DNA from: Flectonema sp. DT1601
Taxonomy: Eukaryota
Assembly: GCA_964019425.1 (NCBI GenBank)
Contig: OZ025798.1
Coordinates: forward strand, 1,116,001 to 1,180,000
DNA: 64,000 nucleotides
Reading direction: 5' to 3'
Shown here: positions 1 through 11,503 of the stretch, in pieces
Layout: each line of letters starts with the position of its first letter
Numbering within the stretch: the first letter of the stretch is position 1
Notes under the pieces: generated by a model
The model's database searches: none
What the model was told of the DNA's origin: nothing
The model's input: the letters and a program-made list of their open reading frames with translations, nothing else
Translations under genes and position numbers: made by a program

Positions 1-122
1 ATCATTGACAAAGGCATGGAAGTATTTTTGAGATGCGGTAGTAGGGGAGCATACACTGTGATATTTTCTTACGGTAGTTGCCAAACAACGTTCCTATTCT
101 TGTCAAGAAGCTGACACCAAAA

Positions 123-2342
123 ATGCAACCTGTGGATGCCACTACAGTCGGGTCTCTAATTGGATCAGAATGGAAAGTTCATAAGAAATGTTGGAGTTTC
201 TTAGGACTCGTTGGCCTATCAAAGGCAGGCTCGGAATCAAAACTTCAAAAATACGCTGCCGATGAGAAGTATGTGACAGTACCCCCACTAACAGAAGACA
301 TAGCTAAAGGAATAGAAGCCTCAGGTGAGAATATTTTTGATTGCTTTCCCGCAGTAAGAAAAGAGTTCATGAGAATTGTTATAAGCAGCAGTCTTAGTAA
401 TAAAGTACTAATGCGATTTATCGTTTTGGGTTTGCAAGATCCGTGGTCAGCGACTCGAAAACAAACAGCGTCGCTACTGCGAACAGAATTATTAGAAAAC
501 CATTCTACAGAACTACTTTCAATAATAAAATTATTATCAACCAATAACAGATGGGAAGCAATTGAGGGAAGCTTGCATCTACTTAAGAAAATTTGTAGTT
601 GTTTGCGTGTTGTGTTTCAACCTCCCTCTCAGAAAGTACTTTTAAAGAATATCACAATGTGTGAGACGACATCCTTGAGAACACTTCCTCTGCGGCTTAC
701 TAAGAAAACTGTTGAAAGAGTTAATATAATTTTACCTGTGGAGTTGCTGCAATTTGTTATAAACTCTCTCAGTCATTCACAAGATAGTATTCGCGAGATG
801 TCTTCAAACGTTATTTATGTTCTAATGTCAACATGCACACTCAGCTTCTCTAGAATTCGATTATACAACACAGTCTTATCCAAGGCTTTAACACCATCGC
901 TGGGAGCTCTTTCTGCTGTTCATTCTTCTATTCAACTGTTTCCGTTAATGTGCATCAAAGATACTTTTTATTTAACTTTTAAACTTTTTGAGTCAACGGA
1001 AAGCTTAGTAAGACACAGAGCTGCAAATATCGCTTCTAAATGTGTAGCAATCAGCAGAGGGCTGTTGCCTGACTGTATATCTTTGTATGTGAGTCAGAGT
1101 CAAAACTGGCAGGTTCAAGAAGCCTGTATGATAGTACTGGAAGATATCTTATTGCAGGAAATTCCAATTTGTCTGTCTGATGTTGAAAAACTAGCTCAGT
1201 GGGTCATTACTGTTAAGAATAGTTACACGGTTGACAGTCCTATGCCTTTTGAAACCGATAGAATGCGAAGCCAACTTGTTCCGCACATAGCCAGAACGTT
1301 CATTCAAAAGATTGACGATGGCAAAACTGCTAAAAAGCAACACTGGTTGTTATCATTGCAATGTGGTGATTTTGAATGGATCTTTTGGACAATTTGGTCT
1401 ACTCGTATCCACAACAAAACATCACTAGTTTCTCACATTGTCAGCAGTGAAGGTACTAATGAAGTATTAAACAGTAAGCCTACTAGTAAGGATATATTCT
1501 GGAAAGCATCGGTGAAATTATCCTTAATAGAGACTATGTCAGATAACAACGACAACAACAGACTTCGATACCAACAACAGCTTCTAACTGAATTGAAGGA
1601 GGTAATAAAAAATCATCAACACCATCCTCAATTGGAACACGTTTTTGTACGTCTTTTACCTGTTGCAATTCCTCACATAATACGAGATTGTCATTCAAGT
1701 TTAATCGATATATTACTGTTACTACTTTGTTACTATTCACAAGCTAATGCACAAGTTAATATATTGACGGCTTTAAAACGAATTGCAGTGATGTCTGAGG
1801 CGGGTGATGATTCTATCGTTCATTTTGATTCTGGTGTTGTACAAAATATAACGTGCTTAACCAACTCTTATGAGCAGTCTTGGGGTACTGTTAGGACTCC
1901 TTCTCTTTCAATTAACGTATTGGGTAATGACTCATCTAAATCTAGTAGCCGTAAAAGGATATTTGATCGCTGCTGTGAGGTGCTATCAGTTGAGGGTTCA
2001 GCTCAATCTGCCATGACTATTGCAGTAAAAACAGCTGTCCTAATAATGAAGGATACTTCTGATCGAATGCAATTCCTAACATGTTTGTGTAATCGTATGG
2101 ATTTGGAAAGTGTTTTTATTAATTCAACAACTCTTTGTATTCAGTCATCAACTACAGTGACTGGAACGACTCATGATTGGGATCTTGACACTGAGTCTGA
2201 TGAAGAAGAAGAACAAGAAGGAACGACAACAACAATTATAACCAAATGGATACCTGACATTAAATCATTAGATGTCAGTGATATTCCGAAAGACAGCAAG
2301 CAATACGATCTTATGAGGTGGGTTCAATCGATGAGTTCATAA
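123..2342 (+). CDS. HEAT/ARM-repeat-like alpha-solenoid protein
   Basis: Long ORF 78..2342. First ATG is at 123, after TTTCTTACGGTAG (putative acceptor ending 77). HEAT-like segments: LGLQDPWSATRKQTASLL, NRWEAIEGSLHLL, SLSHSQDSIREMSSNVI, QNWQVQEACMIVL. Confidence 0.6.
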   Translation: MQPVDATTVGSLIGSEWKVHKKCWSFLGLVGLSKAGSESKLQKYAADEKYVTVPPLTEDIAKGIEASGENIFDCFPAVRKEFMRIVISSSLSNKVLMRFIVLGLQDPWSATRKQTASLLRTELLENHSTELLSIIKLLSTNNRWEAIEGSLHLLKKICSCLRVVFQPPSQKVLLKNITMCETTSLRTLPLRLTKKTVERVNIILPVELLQFVINSLSHSQDSIREMSSNVIYVLMSTCTLSFSRIRLYNTVLSKALTPSLGALSAVHSSIQLFPLMCIKDTFYLTFKLFESTESLVRHRAANIASKCVAISRGLLPDCISLYVSQSQNWQVQEACMIVLEDILLQEIPICLSDVEKLAQWVITVKNSYTVDSPMPFETDRMRSQLVPHIARTFIQKIDDGKTAKKQHWLLSLQCGDFEWIFWTIWSTRIHNKTSLVSHIVSSEGTNEVLNSKPTSKDIFWKASVKLSLIETMSDNNDNNRLRYQQQLLTELKEVIKNHQHHPQLEHVFVRLLPVAIPHIIRDCHSSLIDILLLLLCYYSQANAQVNILTALKRIAVMSEAGDDSIVHFDSGVVQNITCLTNSYEQSWGTVRTPSLSINVLGNDSSKSSSRKRIFDRCCEVLSVEGSAQSAMTIAVKTAVLIMKDTSDRMQFLTCLCNRMDLESVFINSTTLCIQSSTTVTGTTHDWDLDTESDEEEEQEGTTTTIITKWIPDIKSLDVSDIPKDSKQYDLMRWVQSMSS

Positions 2343-2450
2343 CTGTTATCTTCTTACACTAAAAACGGTACGTAAGTTAACTTTCCAAATAGTGGAAATT
2401 ACTTGAATGTGTTGTATTTGAGTTAAGTTTTTTATTTTCTTTTACAGCAA

Positions 2451-3755
2451 ATGTCACGGGGTAAACTTAGAATCCCGGATGTATTTCGATCAGGAACAGA
2501 TGTATTGAAGTGTTGTGTTGGTGATATTGATGAGAGGTCTTCTATGGGGAGTCCACCTCCACCTCCTCCTCCGTTTACGGAGTCTTCGATAGCACCGAGT
2601 AGCCCTCAGAGTAGTAGACCAAGTAGCCCGATAAGTACTATTGGTGAGTGTAGTGATTCTATGAGTGAAGTACCTCCTCCACCATCACCATCGTCTTCAA
2701 TGTGTAGTGAACATTGTGATAATAGTTGGATAGTAAAACAGTCTCCTAGTCCTGAAACTTCATTACTCGATGTTCAAAACCCCACAAACGAATCCATTTG
2801 CTCCCTCGTCTTGGAAGAACCTCCCGCGACTGCGGATGTTATTTCAGAACCTCCGACACAGTTAGCTGCTTCATGGTGTTCTACAGTAGCATCTTCAAAA
2901 GAAAGATTACAAAAGAAAGTATCAACACCTCACTTGGTTGTTATTAGTTGTTACTTGAAATACACAACTGTTAGTGAATACTCTTTGGTTGAGGGTGAGG
3001 ATGTTCCTTCTTTTACTTGCACTCCGTTTGAAAATATGAGTTGCCTTCCTTCCATTGCACACGTCATCCTCCACGACTGCGAAGAGGAATTAATGGAACC
3101 TCTCGTCGCAGGTTTGAAGGATGAGAAAGATGTTTATTTTTTAGTATCTTCGAGTGCGAAGAGTAGCATTTCAGATTGCGGTGATTTGATGAAGTTAGCT
3201 CGCTTTAGTAATGCACTCTCGGAAGGATGTGATTTGATAGGCAGATCAATTATGTCTCATCGCAGAGAGTTAGAGACTGCATACTTAGCTGTTGAAACCT
3301 GTATGTTCAATTTTATAATAAAAATTATAATAAAAAAAAAAAAATAAATAAATAAAAAAAAAACCCCAGGTAATCCCCACTCATCAGGGATACTTTATTT
3401 AAACGAGTCATTCTTTGGAATTGCGTCACCAGATGAGATTAGCCTGTTGGAGCATTTTGGAGATGACTCATGCCGACACTTACTGAAACAAACTGAATGG
3501 AGTAAATTAAAAGGAGAGATCACCGTGATCGATAATATAAGTGACTTTATGACTACAGATCTTGGATTTCAATATGGAGACTCTATCGATGTTTCTGAAG
3601 TACTGAAAGTAATGTCCAGTTTAGATATTTCATCTGATAAGATATTCATAAAAGATTTCATAGAGCTTGCGATTAACTATTTGATTGCTGAAGGATCTAC
3701 ACTTCATCTAAGTAAGAGATCGTGTTTGGGTTTTGGAATGTTCATTCAGCAGTAA
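2451..3755 (+). CDS. Hypothetical protein with Pro/Ser-rich N-terminus; join(2451..3300,3370..3755)
   Basis: A 69-nt GTATGT..CCCCAG intron joins ORF 2451 in frame to ORF 3447. ATG preceded by TTTTCTTTTACAG. Confidence 0.75.
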
Positions 3756-4459
3756 TAAAAAAAAAAAAATTATATTTTGTTGATCGCAGACAGAATCTTG
3801 GAATATAAGTCATGACCAAAAAAAAAGAAAATGTATATTCATTCCGAATGGTGAGATTTTCCCCTTCGAACTGTTTTTCTTAATATTCGTACCAATCCCA
3901 CAATGGTATTTATATTTATCTTTGTCTTATTCCTTTCTCTGTTTGTTCTCCTGCTTTTTTTTCAATTGATTTTCCGTTCTCGAATTTGATACGGGAAGGT
4001 ATTATTATTGTACTTTAATTAAATAGATTATTATAGTTGAATTGTACTCATACATAAAAAGAGTCCCCTCTCAAAAAAGAATAAAAGAAAGTATCAATTG
4101 ATGTAGTTTGTCCTTTTGGAACTGCAACAGGCGGGCAACTTTTCCTTATTTTTATGATCTTAATTTAATGCACTGTTTTATAACTCAGGCATTATGATTT
4201 CGGGGTCCGTCGCAGTTATGACCTTAAACTGACTGTCATCTTACCTGATCCTTTTTATTCTCATTTCTTAGTGGTAAGGCTATGTGCTGCCCAATTTTTG
4301 AGGTACTTTTATTAAACCGTCAGTAAGCCCACAGTACAATTATAATGCTTTGGACAACTGGGGGTGAACGATCCTCGGTACTGTTCCGGGGTTTCTATTT
4401 TCTTGATTTTTTTTATTTTTTTCACCTTCCCTCACTCCCATATCATTTCTTTTATTTTC

Positions 4460-4582
4460 TTTAGTTATTTTCAACCTGTTAGCCTCTGGGCAAGGTGGGA
4501 GCTGGAAGTCGAATACTTCCAGCCGAAACTATAAAACTACAATCTTCGCGATTGGGTCCTTACTAATGCAGGCTGCCCAGAC
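4460..4582 (+). repeat. Dispersed ~125-nt intergenic repeat, copy A
   Basis: Aligns by eye with 47364-47491; shared blocks include CTGGGCAA, CAATCTTCG and GATTGGGTCCTTACT. Confidence 0.85.
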
Positions 4583-6588
4583 CTATCTGATGACTATAAC
4601 ACACTTATCTGACTATTTTCTTTTTTATTCTTTTTTAACTATTTTATAGTAGTAAAACAAGCACCTGTTTTGCACATTATTCATCACCAAGAAGTGGACG
4701 AAAAGATGCAAATACAGATTCGATGATATCAGCTGGGGAGCAGCTGGGAAAAAACTACTGGGAGACTAATCGCATGGCTACGACAGTTTATTAGTTTGAG
4801 TGTTAGATAACGTTTCATTCGCCTGCGTAGCATTTGTGACACCCTTCTTTGTGTTTTCTTGTTTTGGATACAAAATTAGTAGGCATGATGTAATCAGCTT
4901 TTATCCATGGCAGTTTTTCTGTTTTTTTTTTGTTTTTTATTCTCGTGAACTTCAATTTGCTTCCTAAGTCAAAAGAGAAGGAACCCAACAATGGGGATAA
5001 GATCTTCGAGAGAGAAAGAAAGCAGTTCGTTAAATCTCATATTCTTTTTGTGCGTCAAGTTTTTCTCTTGCTATTGTTTCTGTTTAGTATTTTGTTTATC
5101 TGATTTGTATTTATTTTTTGCTGTTAAGTTATATTGAGAACTCTTTACAAATAACAGCCGCATGTGATGGAAAGGTAGTCTGTGTTGTTTAGCTGGTCAT
5201 GTTTGTGCAGGTTAGCAGTGGCTTTCCATCACATTTTGCCGTTTTTTTTTTTTTTTTGGTTTTTTTTGTACCTTTTTTGCTGTTGGTGAAAACCTTTACA
5301 GAAAATTAAAAAAATGGTAAGAAAATAACTCAAATCCTCTCTTTATTAACTTTTTTTTTTTTTTTTTTTTTTGTGACTTGTCGAGAGACCCTAAACTAGT
5401 GGGGGAGGTACACCACCGTGTTCTCCGAATTGAGTGAGGTTGCAAGTGTTCCCCAGTGCAGCCCATTCGACGTCACGTTTAATGCTTTTTATATTCACCA
5501 AAAAAAATATTTTTTGTTATTCATCGTCTCTAATTTTCCTTCTATTTTCCTATTGTCTATTTATAGAAGATATGCTTATCAATTGTGTTGCTGGCTTTAA
5601 CTAATTGTGCAATCACAAGTATAAGTAAACTCAATGTTAAAAAGGTAACCTTCTTCAAGACTGGGGTTGCTTGATGGTAGCCAAGCACTGAAATATCTCG
5701 GTGAGGTCTTGTGAAGGGTATTATTACTCTATTGTAGCCATTAGTTGGCCGACAGCTGTTTTATAATATTTTTTTATTGAAGGAATCTTTAGTTCGGTTT
5801 GACTCACTGTGGAAAAGTGTTTTTGAAAAAAAAAAAAAAAAAAAAATCCAAATTCTTTTTTGTTATTGCTTGGCATCTCGTGTTTTATTTTTACTAACTT
5901 TTTATTTTATTTTTCTTGTTGTTAGTTGGCTTGAAATCTTTCTTCCCATGCTGAGGTGCGGATATGCCACACAAAAAAAAAAAAAAAAAAAAAAAAAATC
6001 CTTTTGCAGGATTTTCGCTTTTTCTATTGTTTTTGATTAAGCGAGTCGTCGATGTTTAGGTTCTTGGTGGTAAACAGTCGTCGGCATGACAATCTCTTCA
6101 TCTCTTGCTTGAAGAAGGAAAAAAGAAAAGAAAAAAAAAAACCAATTTACCCTTTGCGACAATAAAAAAGTAATAAGTTTGCGCGATACCTAATTCGGGA
6201 CTTAACAGGAAGTCTATTGCCTATTAACTTTTTTTTGCTAATTTTTACAAAAAAAACACCTATACTGCTATGTGGTTCACATAGGCGAAATATCTAAAAA
6301 AAAATTCAAAAAGAATTCAAAAAAAAAAAAAAAAAAGGGAATCAATTAAACCTATATTCAATAATAGTATTGTTTTTTATTTTTATTTTATTTTTTATAA
6401 TTTCCCAATTCATCCCCCCCTCCCTCACTTATTATTTCTTCGCTGCGTTTTTTACGGAAAAGATTTGGTGTGGTTTCTTGCTATTGTAGTACCTTTGTAC
6501 TCTCTTAGCAATTTTTTTTATTAACAGCTATTACACCTCGAAAAAGGTGTCTTTTTAATCAGTTTTTCCTTATAAACAGCCATCTCTG

Positions 6589-7995
6589 ATGAACATAACA
6601 AGATACCTCCGATGTAGTCAATACACAACGTCTCTTCAAAAAGTGAATAGAAAGACTGATATGAAAACGCTGACTTCATTATGTGGAGCACCCGAAGAAA
6701 TAATGAAAAGTTTTTATGACATTACTAACGAGACTGAAATGGTTCTCAGTGATAGGCAGGTTGCTTTCTTTTTAAATGATATATACGATAAATATAATCG
6801 TTGTAAAAAACCAGATCCCTTGGGAGCAATACCGACAGCTCTTCAGCTATACGAAACTGCTGAACTGGTTGGTCATCTGGTTGGCCAGCATACAACGTTT
6901 TCAATGATGAAAATATGCTGGGAAGCAAACCGAGAAGACACAAGGGAACTTTTAATATTCGTGTTCAAAAGACTGTTGGCAAAGAACGTGTGGGGAAATT
7001 CTAGAGTTAAAAATGATTCTAAACAAGGTGTCGCTTTGATTATGGAAATGTATAAAATGACTCTCAAAGCAGCAATGCGAAAACATGGCATGGCGACGGC
7101 TGATCTTGAAATTTTATTAGAAAGTATGAGAGGGATGAAAATGACTCCTGAAGTATTAAGTTTGACCTACGCAATGTGGAAGAAAGTAAATCCACAAATG
7201 GCAGACAAGGCTTATTCTGAATCACTTAAGAGTACCCCTTCAATGACTATTGAAAATTTTCACGTTTTCATATCGCATTCGGGATCGTTTGAAATAGGAC
7301 TCTCCATGCTTCGAGACATGACTAAGTTTTCGTTAAAACCATCCTTACAAACATACAACTCAATTCTTATTGGATCCTTAAACCAAAAGAACATTCCGTT
7401 CATAAAAAATAAAATTGATAAACTTTTAACGAGGATGCAAAATGCAGGCATCCATCCAGATGGTAACACTCTAGGACTTGTCTCTGCTTTATATCGTCGT
7501 CACCAGTTAGGAGATGAGGCATACACAATGTATAAACATCTAAAACAACAATATAATATAATTCCAGATCGGACATCTCTGACTTCGATCATAGCAGCTC
7601 AGGTTAGTTTGTGTGATGTTCCTGATTGTAAAAGTATTCGAAATGCTGAGGAGGTTTATTTAGAAATTTTGAGAAGGGATTTAGCGCATCAAAAACCTCA
7701 CGATACAGCTTTCCATCATATTGGTCACATAATGCAATGTTATGCTACGGCTGGGGATTTGACTAAACTTGAACTTACAAGAGATTACTATTCGAGACTC
7801 GTTCCAAACAGTGCTTCAAACACATCCTCACGAGTGACGAAAATGATTAGCGATGCATATCTTGAAATATACAGAACTCTAGAACGACGTGCTGAGATCG
7901 AAAATCCATCATGGGGAGGTAATCTACACGAGCCATGGAAAATAGCAGACGATGAATCAACAACTGTACCAGAGCATATGAACATTTGGCCTTAG
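6589..7995 (+). CDS. Pentatricopeptide-repeat (PPR)-like protein, probably mitochondrial
   Basis: PPR-type motifs LKPSLQTYNSILIG, MQNAGIHPDGNTL and YNIIPDRTSLTSII. Arg/Ser/Thr-rich non-acidic N-terminus. Acceptor-like AG at 6579. Confidence 0.7.
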   Translation: MNITRYLRCSQYTTSLQKVNRKTDMKTLTSLCGAPEEIMKSFYDITNETEMVLSDRQVAFFLNDIYDKYNRCKKPDPLGAIPTALQLYETAELVGHLVGQHTTFSMMKICWEANREDTRELLIFVFKRLLAKNVWGNSRVKNDSKQGVALIMEMYKMTLKAAMRKHGMATADLEILLESMRGMKMTPEVLSLTYAMWKKVNPQMADKAYSESLKSTPSMTIENFHVFISHSGSFEIGLSMLRDMTKFSLKPSLQTYNSILIGSLNQKNIPFIKNKIDKLLTRMQNAGIHPDGNTLGLVSALYRRHQLGDEAYTMYKHLKQQYNIIPDRTSLTSIIAAQVSLCDVPDCKSIRNAEEVYLEILRRDLAHQKPHDTAFHHIGHIMQCYATAGDLTKLELTRDYYSRLVPNSASNTSSRVTKMISDAYLEIYRTLERRAEIENPSWGGNLHEPWKIADDESTTVPEHMNIWP

Positions 7996-8225
7996 AGAAG
8001 TTGAAAAAATCACAAAAAAGTTTGTTTTTTTTGATGAAGTTTGCCTCTGAACGTAGTTCTGCCCGGCAAGGCAATAGCCGTGAATATTGTAATAATGTGA
8101 ATTAGATCATTTCATTTTATATAAATCAGGTTATCAATGTTATGGATCTTGTGGTTACTTTAAGATACTTGTTTAATGTGTTTGTTGTTATTATTTATTT
8201 TCAACATCAGATTCAAATGTGATAC

Positions 8226-8759
8226 ATGACAGCTGCCCCCATTACAAACTGTGGTGAAGCCATTTCCCAGGAGTCTGATGTTGCGAAAGTATGTATTGGG
8301 ACAGGCGGAGTTAATTTGATGGATCCCGTTGGAGGTGTATCTGCATGGTGTGAGTGCATACTTTCATTTACAACGAAATTAAAAAAATGTGAGAATGAAC
8401 CTTTACTTGGAGCGAACATCAGAGAAGCAGCCAACGCCTACGAAAAGAATTGTGTTCAACATGAGACTTCAGATCATAGATGGCTGATTCCGTCAATAAT
8501 ATCACTCATTCTCTTCGGAATGTTGCTTTATGTTTATTATATGTATGTTATGCTTAAGAGACAAATTAGCGCTCCGAGATTCTCTATTGAACAATTAATG
8601 GAAGACCCTGAACAAAATAAAGCAAACCCAAATTGTTTTCATTGTCGAGGAAATGTCGAAGAAAAATATTGTTCGAGCTGTGGGAGATTACTGAGTAAGT
8701 GGAAACGGAGATCTGGTGTTAAATATGAGGCGTGTCCTGGTGACATGAACGTTGTTTAA
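8226..8759 (+). CDS. Single-pass membrane protein with Cys-rich N-terminal part and C-terminal zinc ribbon
   Basis: TM segment WLIPSIISLILFGMLLYVYYMYVML; CFHC...CSSC zinc-ribbon pattern. Confidence 0.65.
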   Translation: MTAAPITNCGEAISQESDVAKVCIGTGGVNLMDPVGGVSAWCECILSFTTKLKKCENEPLLGANIREAANAYEKNCVQHETSDHRWLIPSIISLILFGMLLYVYYMYVMLKRQISAPRFSIEQLMEDPEQNKANPNCFHCRGNVEEKYCSSCGRLLSKWKRRSGVKYEACPGDMNVV

Positions 8760-10568
8760 GGGAACCATCTGTACCAAGATTCCCAAAAAACAGAACCGAC
8801 ATCTGCAAATATATAAACAGCTGCTTGCAATACTGAGAAATATAATCCCAAAGAGCGTATTTCAACCAAGCACTGTACAGTGAGTCATCATAGCCTTCTT
8901 AATTAGTTCTTGGAATTCATCAGCTGTGGTACCTCTCCTTGCGATATGAACACAACCAGAATCGATTATTCGACTTGTTGTTGGTCCCTACTAGCCTATG
9001 TTTTAATACGGTAGGGAGTCCATGCTTGTCGTAATTCTAATGTTATTTAAATGTGAATGATTATATTATTTATGAAAAAAACGTTTTTTTTTATTATTGT
9101 CGAGTGTTTCTTTAATTTTATTATTGATCTCTGACACGAATCTCAATTCCAATCAAACAATCCGACACGGAAGCGTGTGCAAAACGGATTGCAATTCTAA
9201 TTAGAAATAGAGCATCACTGGTTGTTTTCTTTTTTCAATCAGTTTTTTTGCGCAACAAAACAACGTGTTGGTATCTTGCATAAGCCCATACGAATACTCA
9301 ATTTTAGTATAATTCTTTTTTTTTTTTTTTTTTTTTTTTTTGTAGCCAGTCAACAGTGGATTTGCGGTGATTGTGTTTTTTCGTTTTTTTTTGATTTCTT
9401 TTTTTTGAAGTTGCTGAATGCAATCAGGGAGCATGGGAGGAAAAAAAATGAAACAAAAAAAAGATTTAATGCAAAACCTGATAAGTCTTGCACACAAATC
9501 AAGTGTTTGGCTTTTTTTTTTTTTTTTTTTTTTCGTCTTGTTTATGATTTTTCGTTAGTCTGCGTTCTACGAAGTATCCCTACACTAAAACTATTGAAAA
9601 AAGTGACCTGTTTCAGGGACATTCAGAGTAGGTGTATCGGGAGTGAATATCTATGCATTAGGTAATTCGTACGCGCTAGTTCTTTTTGCGAATAAAGATT
9701 TTAAATTCTTATATACTTCTACAACAGATGTACTTTCCCTTCTCAATTCCGTTTTAGTTTTTTCTTTTTTCTTTATACCGTAGGAAGCTCAAGTACAGCC
9801 GAAATCGGGATTTATGTTAGTTTTGTTGTGTGGCATTTCTCTTTTTCTTTTTCTTGAGTTGGCAATTTCTTTGTTAGCAGTTTGATACTAATTGTTAATG
9901 TGGTTTTGGTTGTAAATTTACCTTTGCTATCTCTTTACTGATTTTAGTGGCATACACAACTCTATTTTGGCTGCTCCGTTCAGGATTTCCCTTTTTCTAG
10001 AATGTACTTTTATTCATATATGAGTCCAATCTGACGGATTGACGTGATGAATTTACTGTTTTTGATGCTCCAAGATAGACTTTTGAGATCCTAGGATAGT
10101 ATTTGATACTTTTGCTGCTCTCTGACGTCGTTTGAAGATGCTGAGAGGTGGCACATCTTAAAGCAGCATTATCACATCAATCTGTCACATGAATATTTGA
10201 TTCAACTAATTCTTTGCGTTTAGTTGAACTCTGGCCTCGGTGATCGTCTTTTTTGAGACATTGTACGTTTCGTCAACTTATTTTTTTAAGTTCGTTTAAT
10301 TTTTTTTATTTTTTTATTTTTTGTAAACAGTGTAACGTTAACACCTATACTTTTGAAAAAGGTTTGTTTCCAGTTTGCGCAAACAAGACAGAGTAATAAT
10401 AATTAGTGAAGGGGGGGATCGATTTTTTTTTTTAAAAATATTTTTTATTTGTTAATATCAAACAAAAAATAGTACTAAAATGTATTCCTGATTAAAAACT
10501 TTTAATAACTAAAATTACGCATATCTTTCAATAGGATTGTTTCTGCTTATTTTACTGAGCGCCACAAC

Positions 10569-11503
10569 ATGTCTGGAAAGAGTGAATATGATAGAGGAGT
10601 AAACACCTTCTCCCCCGAAGGGAGAATCTTCCAGGTATGTACTGGTTGCGCAGCAACAAAACAAAACTGTGAATAAGAATGTCTACATTTAAATAAAAAA
10701 ACAATAAAACAGTTGGAATATGCCATGAGGGCAATTAATTTGGGATCTACCTCTTTGGGTATCCAGACAGCCGACGGAGTTATTATCGCTGCTGAGAAAA
10801 GAATTCATTGGAAATTAGCTGAGGTTTGAATTTATTTTATTTGGGTTTAATTGTATTATGTTTTTTTGAATGAATCCAAATAAAAACACACACAGCCTGC
10901 CAGCATGAACAAGATTGCAGAAATAGAATCTCACATTGGAACCGTAATGAGTGGAAGAACGACTGATGCTAGAATATTAATTGAGACTGCTAGAGTTGAG
11001 GCTACCGTATGTATAAGTAATTGTTGTTTAGTTGTTGTAGTAATAATGTAATTGAAAAATTAATACAGAGCCACTCCTTTACATTTAACGAACCAATGCC
11101 TGTTGAAGCGTGTACCTTAGCAGTTAGTGACTCATGCTTGAGATTCGGAGAACGTAAGAATTCATCGATCTCACGTCCATTTGGAGTAGCGTTGCTGATC
11201 GCTGGTGTTGATGAAAACGGTCCTCAGCTTTGGATGGCTGACCCGTCAGGTACCTACCTGAGATATGAAGCAAAGGCAATCGGTGAAGGTATGAAGAGAG
11301 CCCAACAAATGTTGGAAGAACAATATCACAAATCTCTAACTATCGAAAACGCCGAAGACTTAGCACTCGGAATTCTAAAGAGTATAATGGAAGAGAAGAT
11401 TCGTGGAGACAACTGCGAGATCGCCTGCATTCCAACCAGCACTCGCAAGCTCGAGATTTACTCTGTAGAACAGATTGAGAAAATCCTCGCTCGCCTTAAC
11501 TAG
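10569..11503 (+). CDS. PSMA5: 20S proteasome subunit alpha-5; join(10569..10634,10713..10823,10896..11006,11069..11503)
   Basis: Spliced product of 240 aa: [39 protein letters not shown]...[21 protein letters not shown]. Three phase-0 GT-AG introns. The ORF track shows only the last exon. Confidence 0.93.

Noticed and set aside
4186..4252. Possible C/D snoRNA (ATGATTT...CTGA)
   Set aside because: Box C is degenerate and I recognised no target.
5396..5480. GC-rich patch TAGTGGGGGAGG..., faintly like the U1 snRNA 3' end or a tRNA
   Set aside because: There is no U1 5' end or Sm site, and I could not build a cloverleaf or T-loop.
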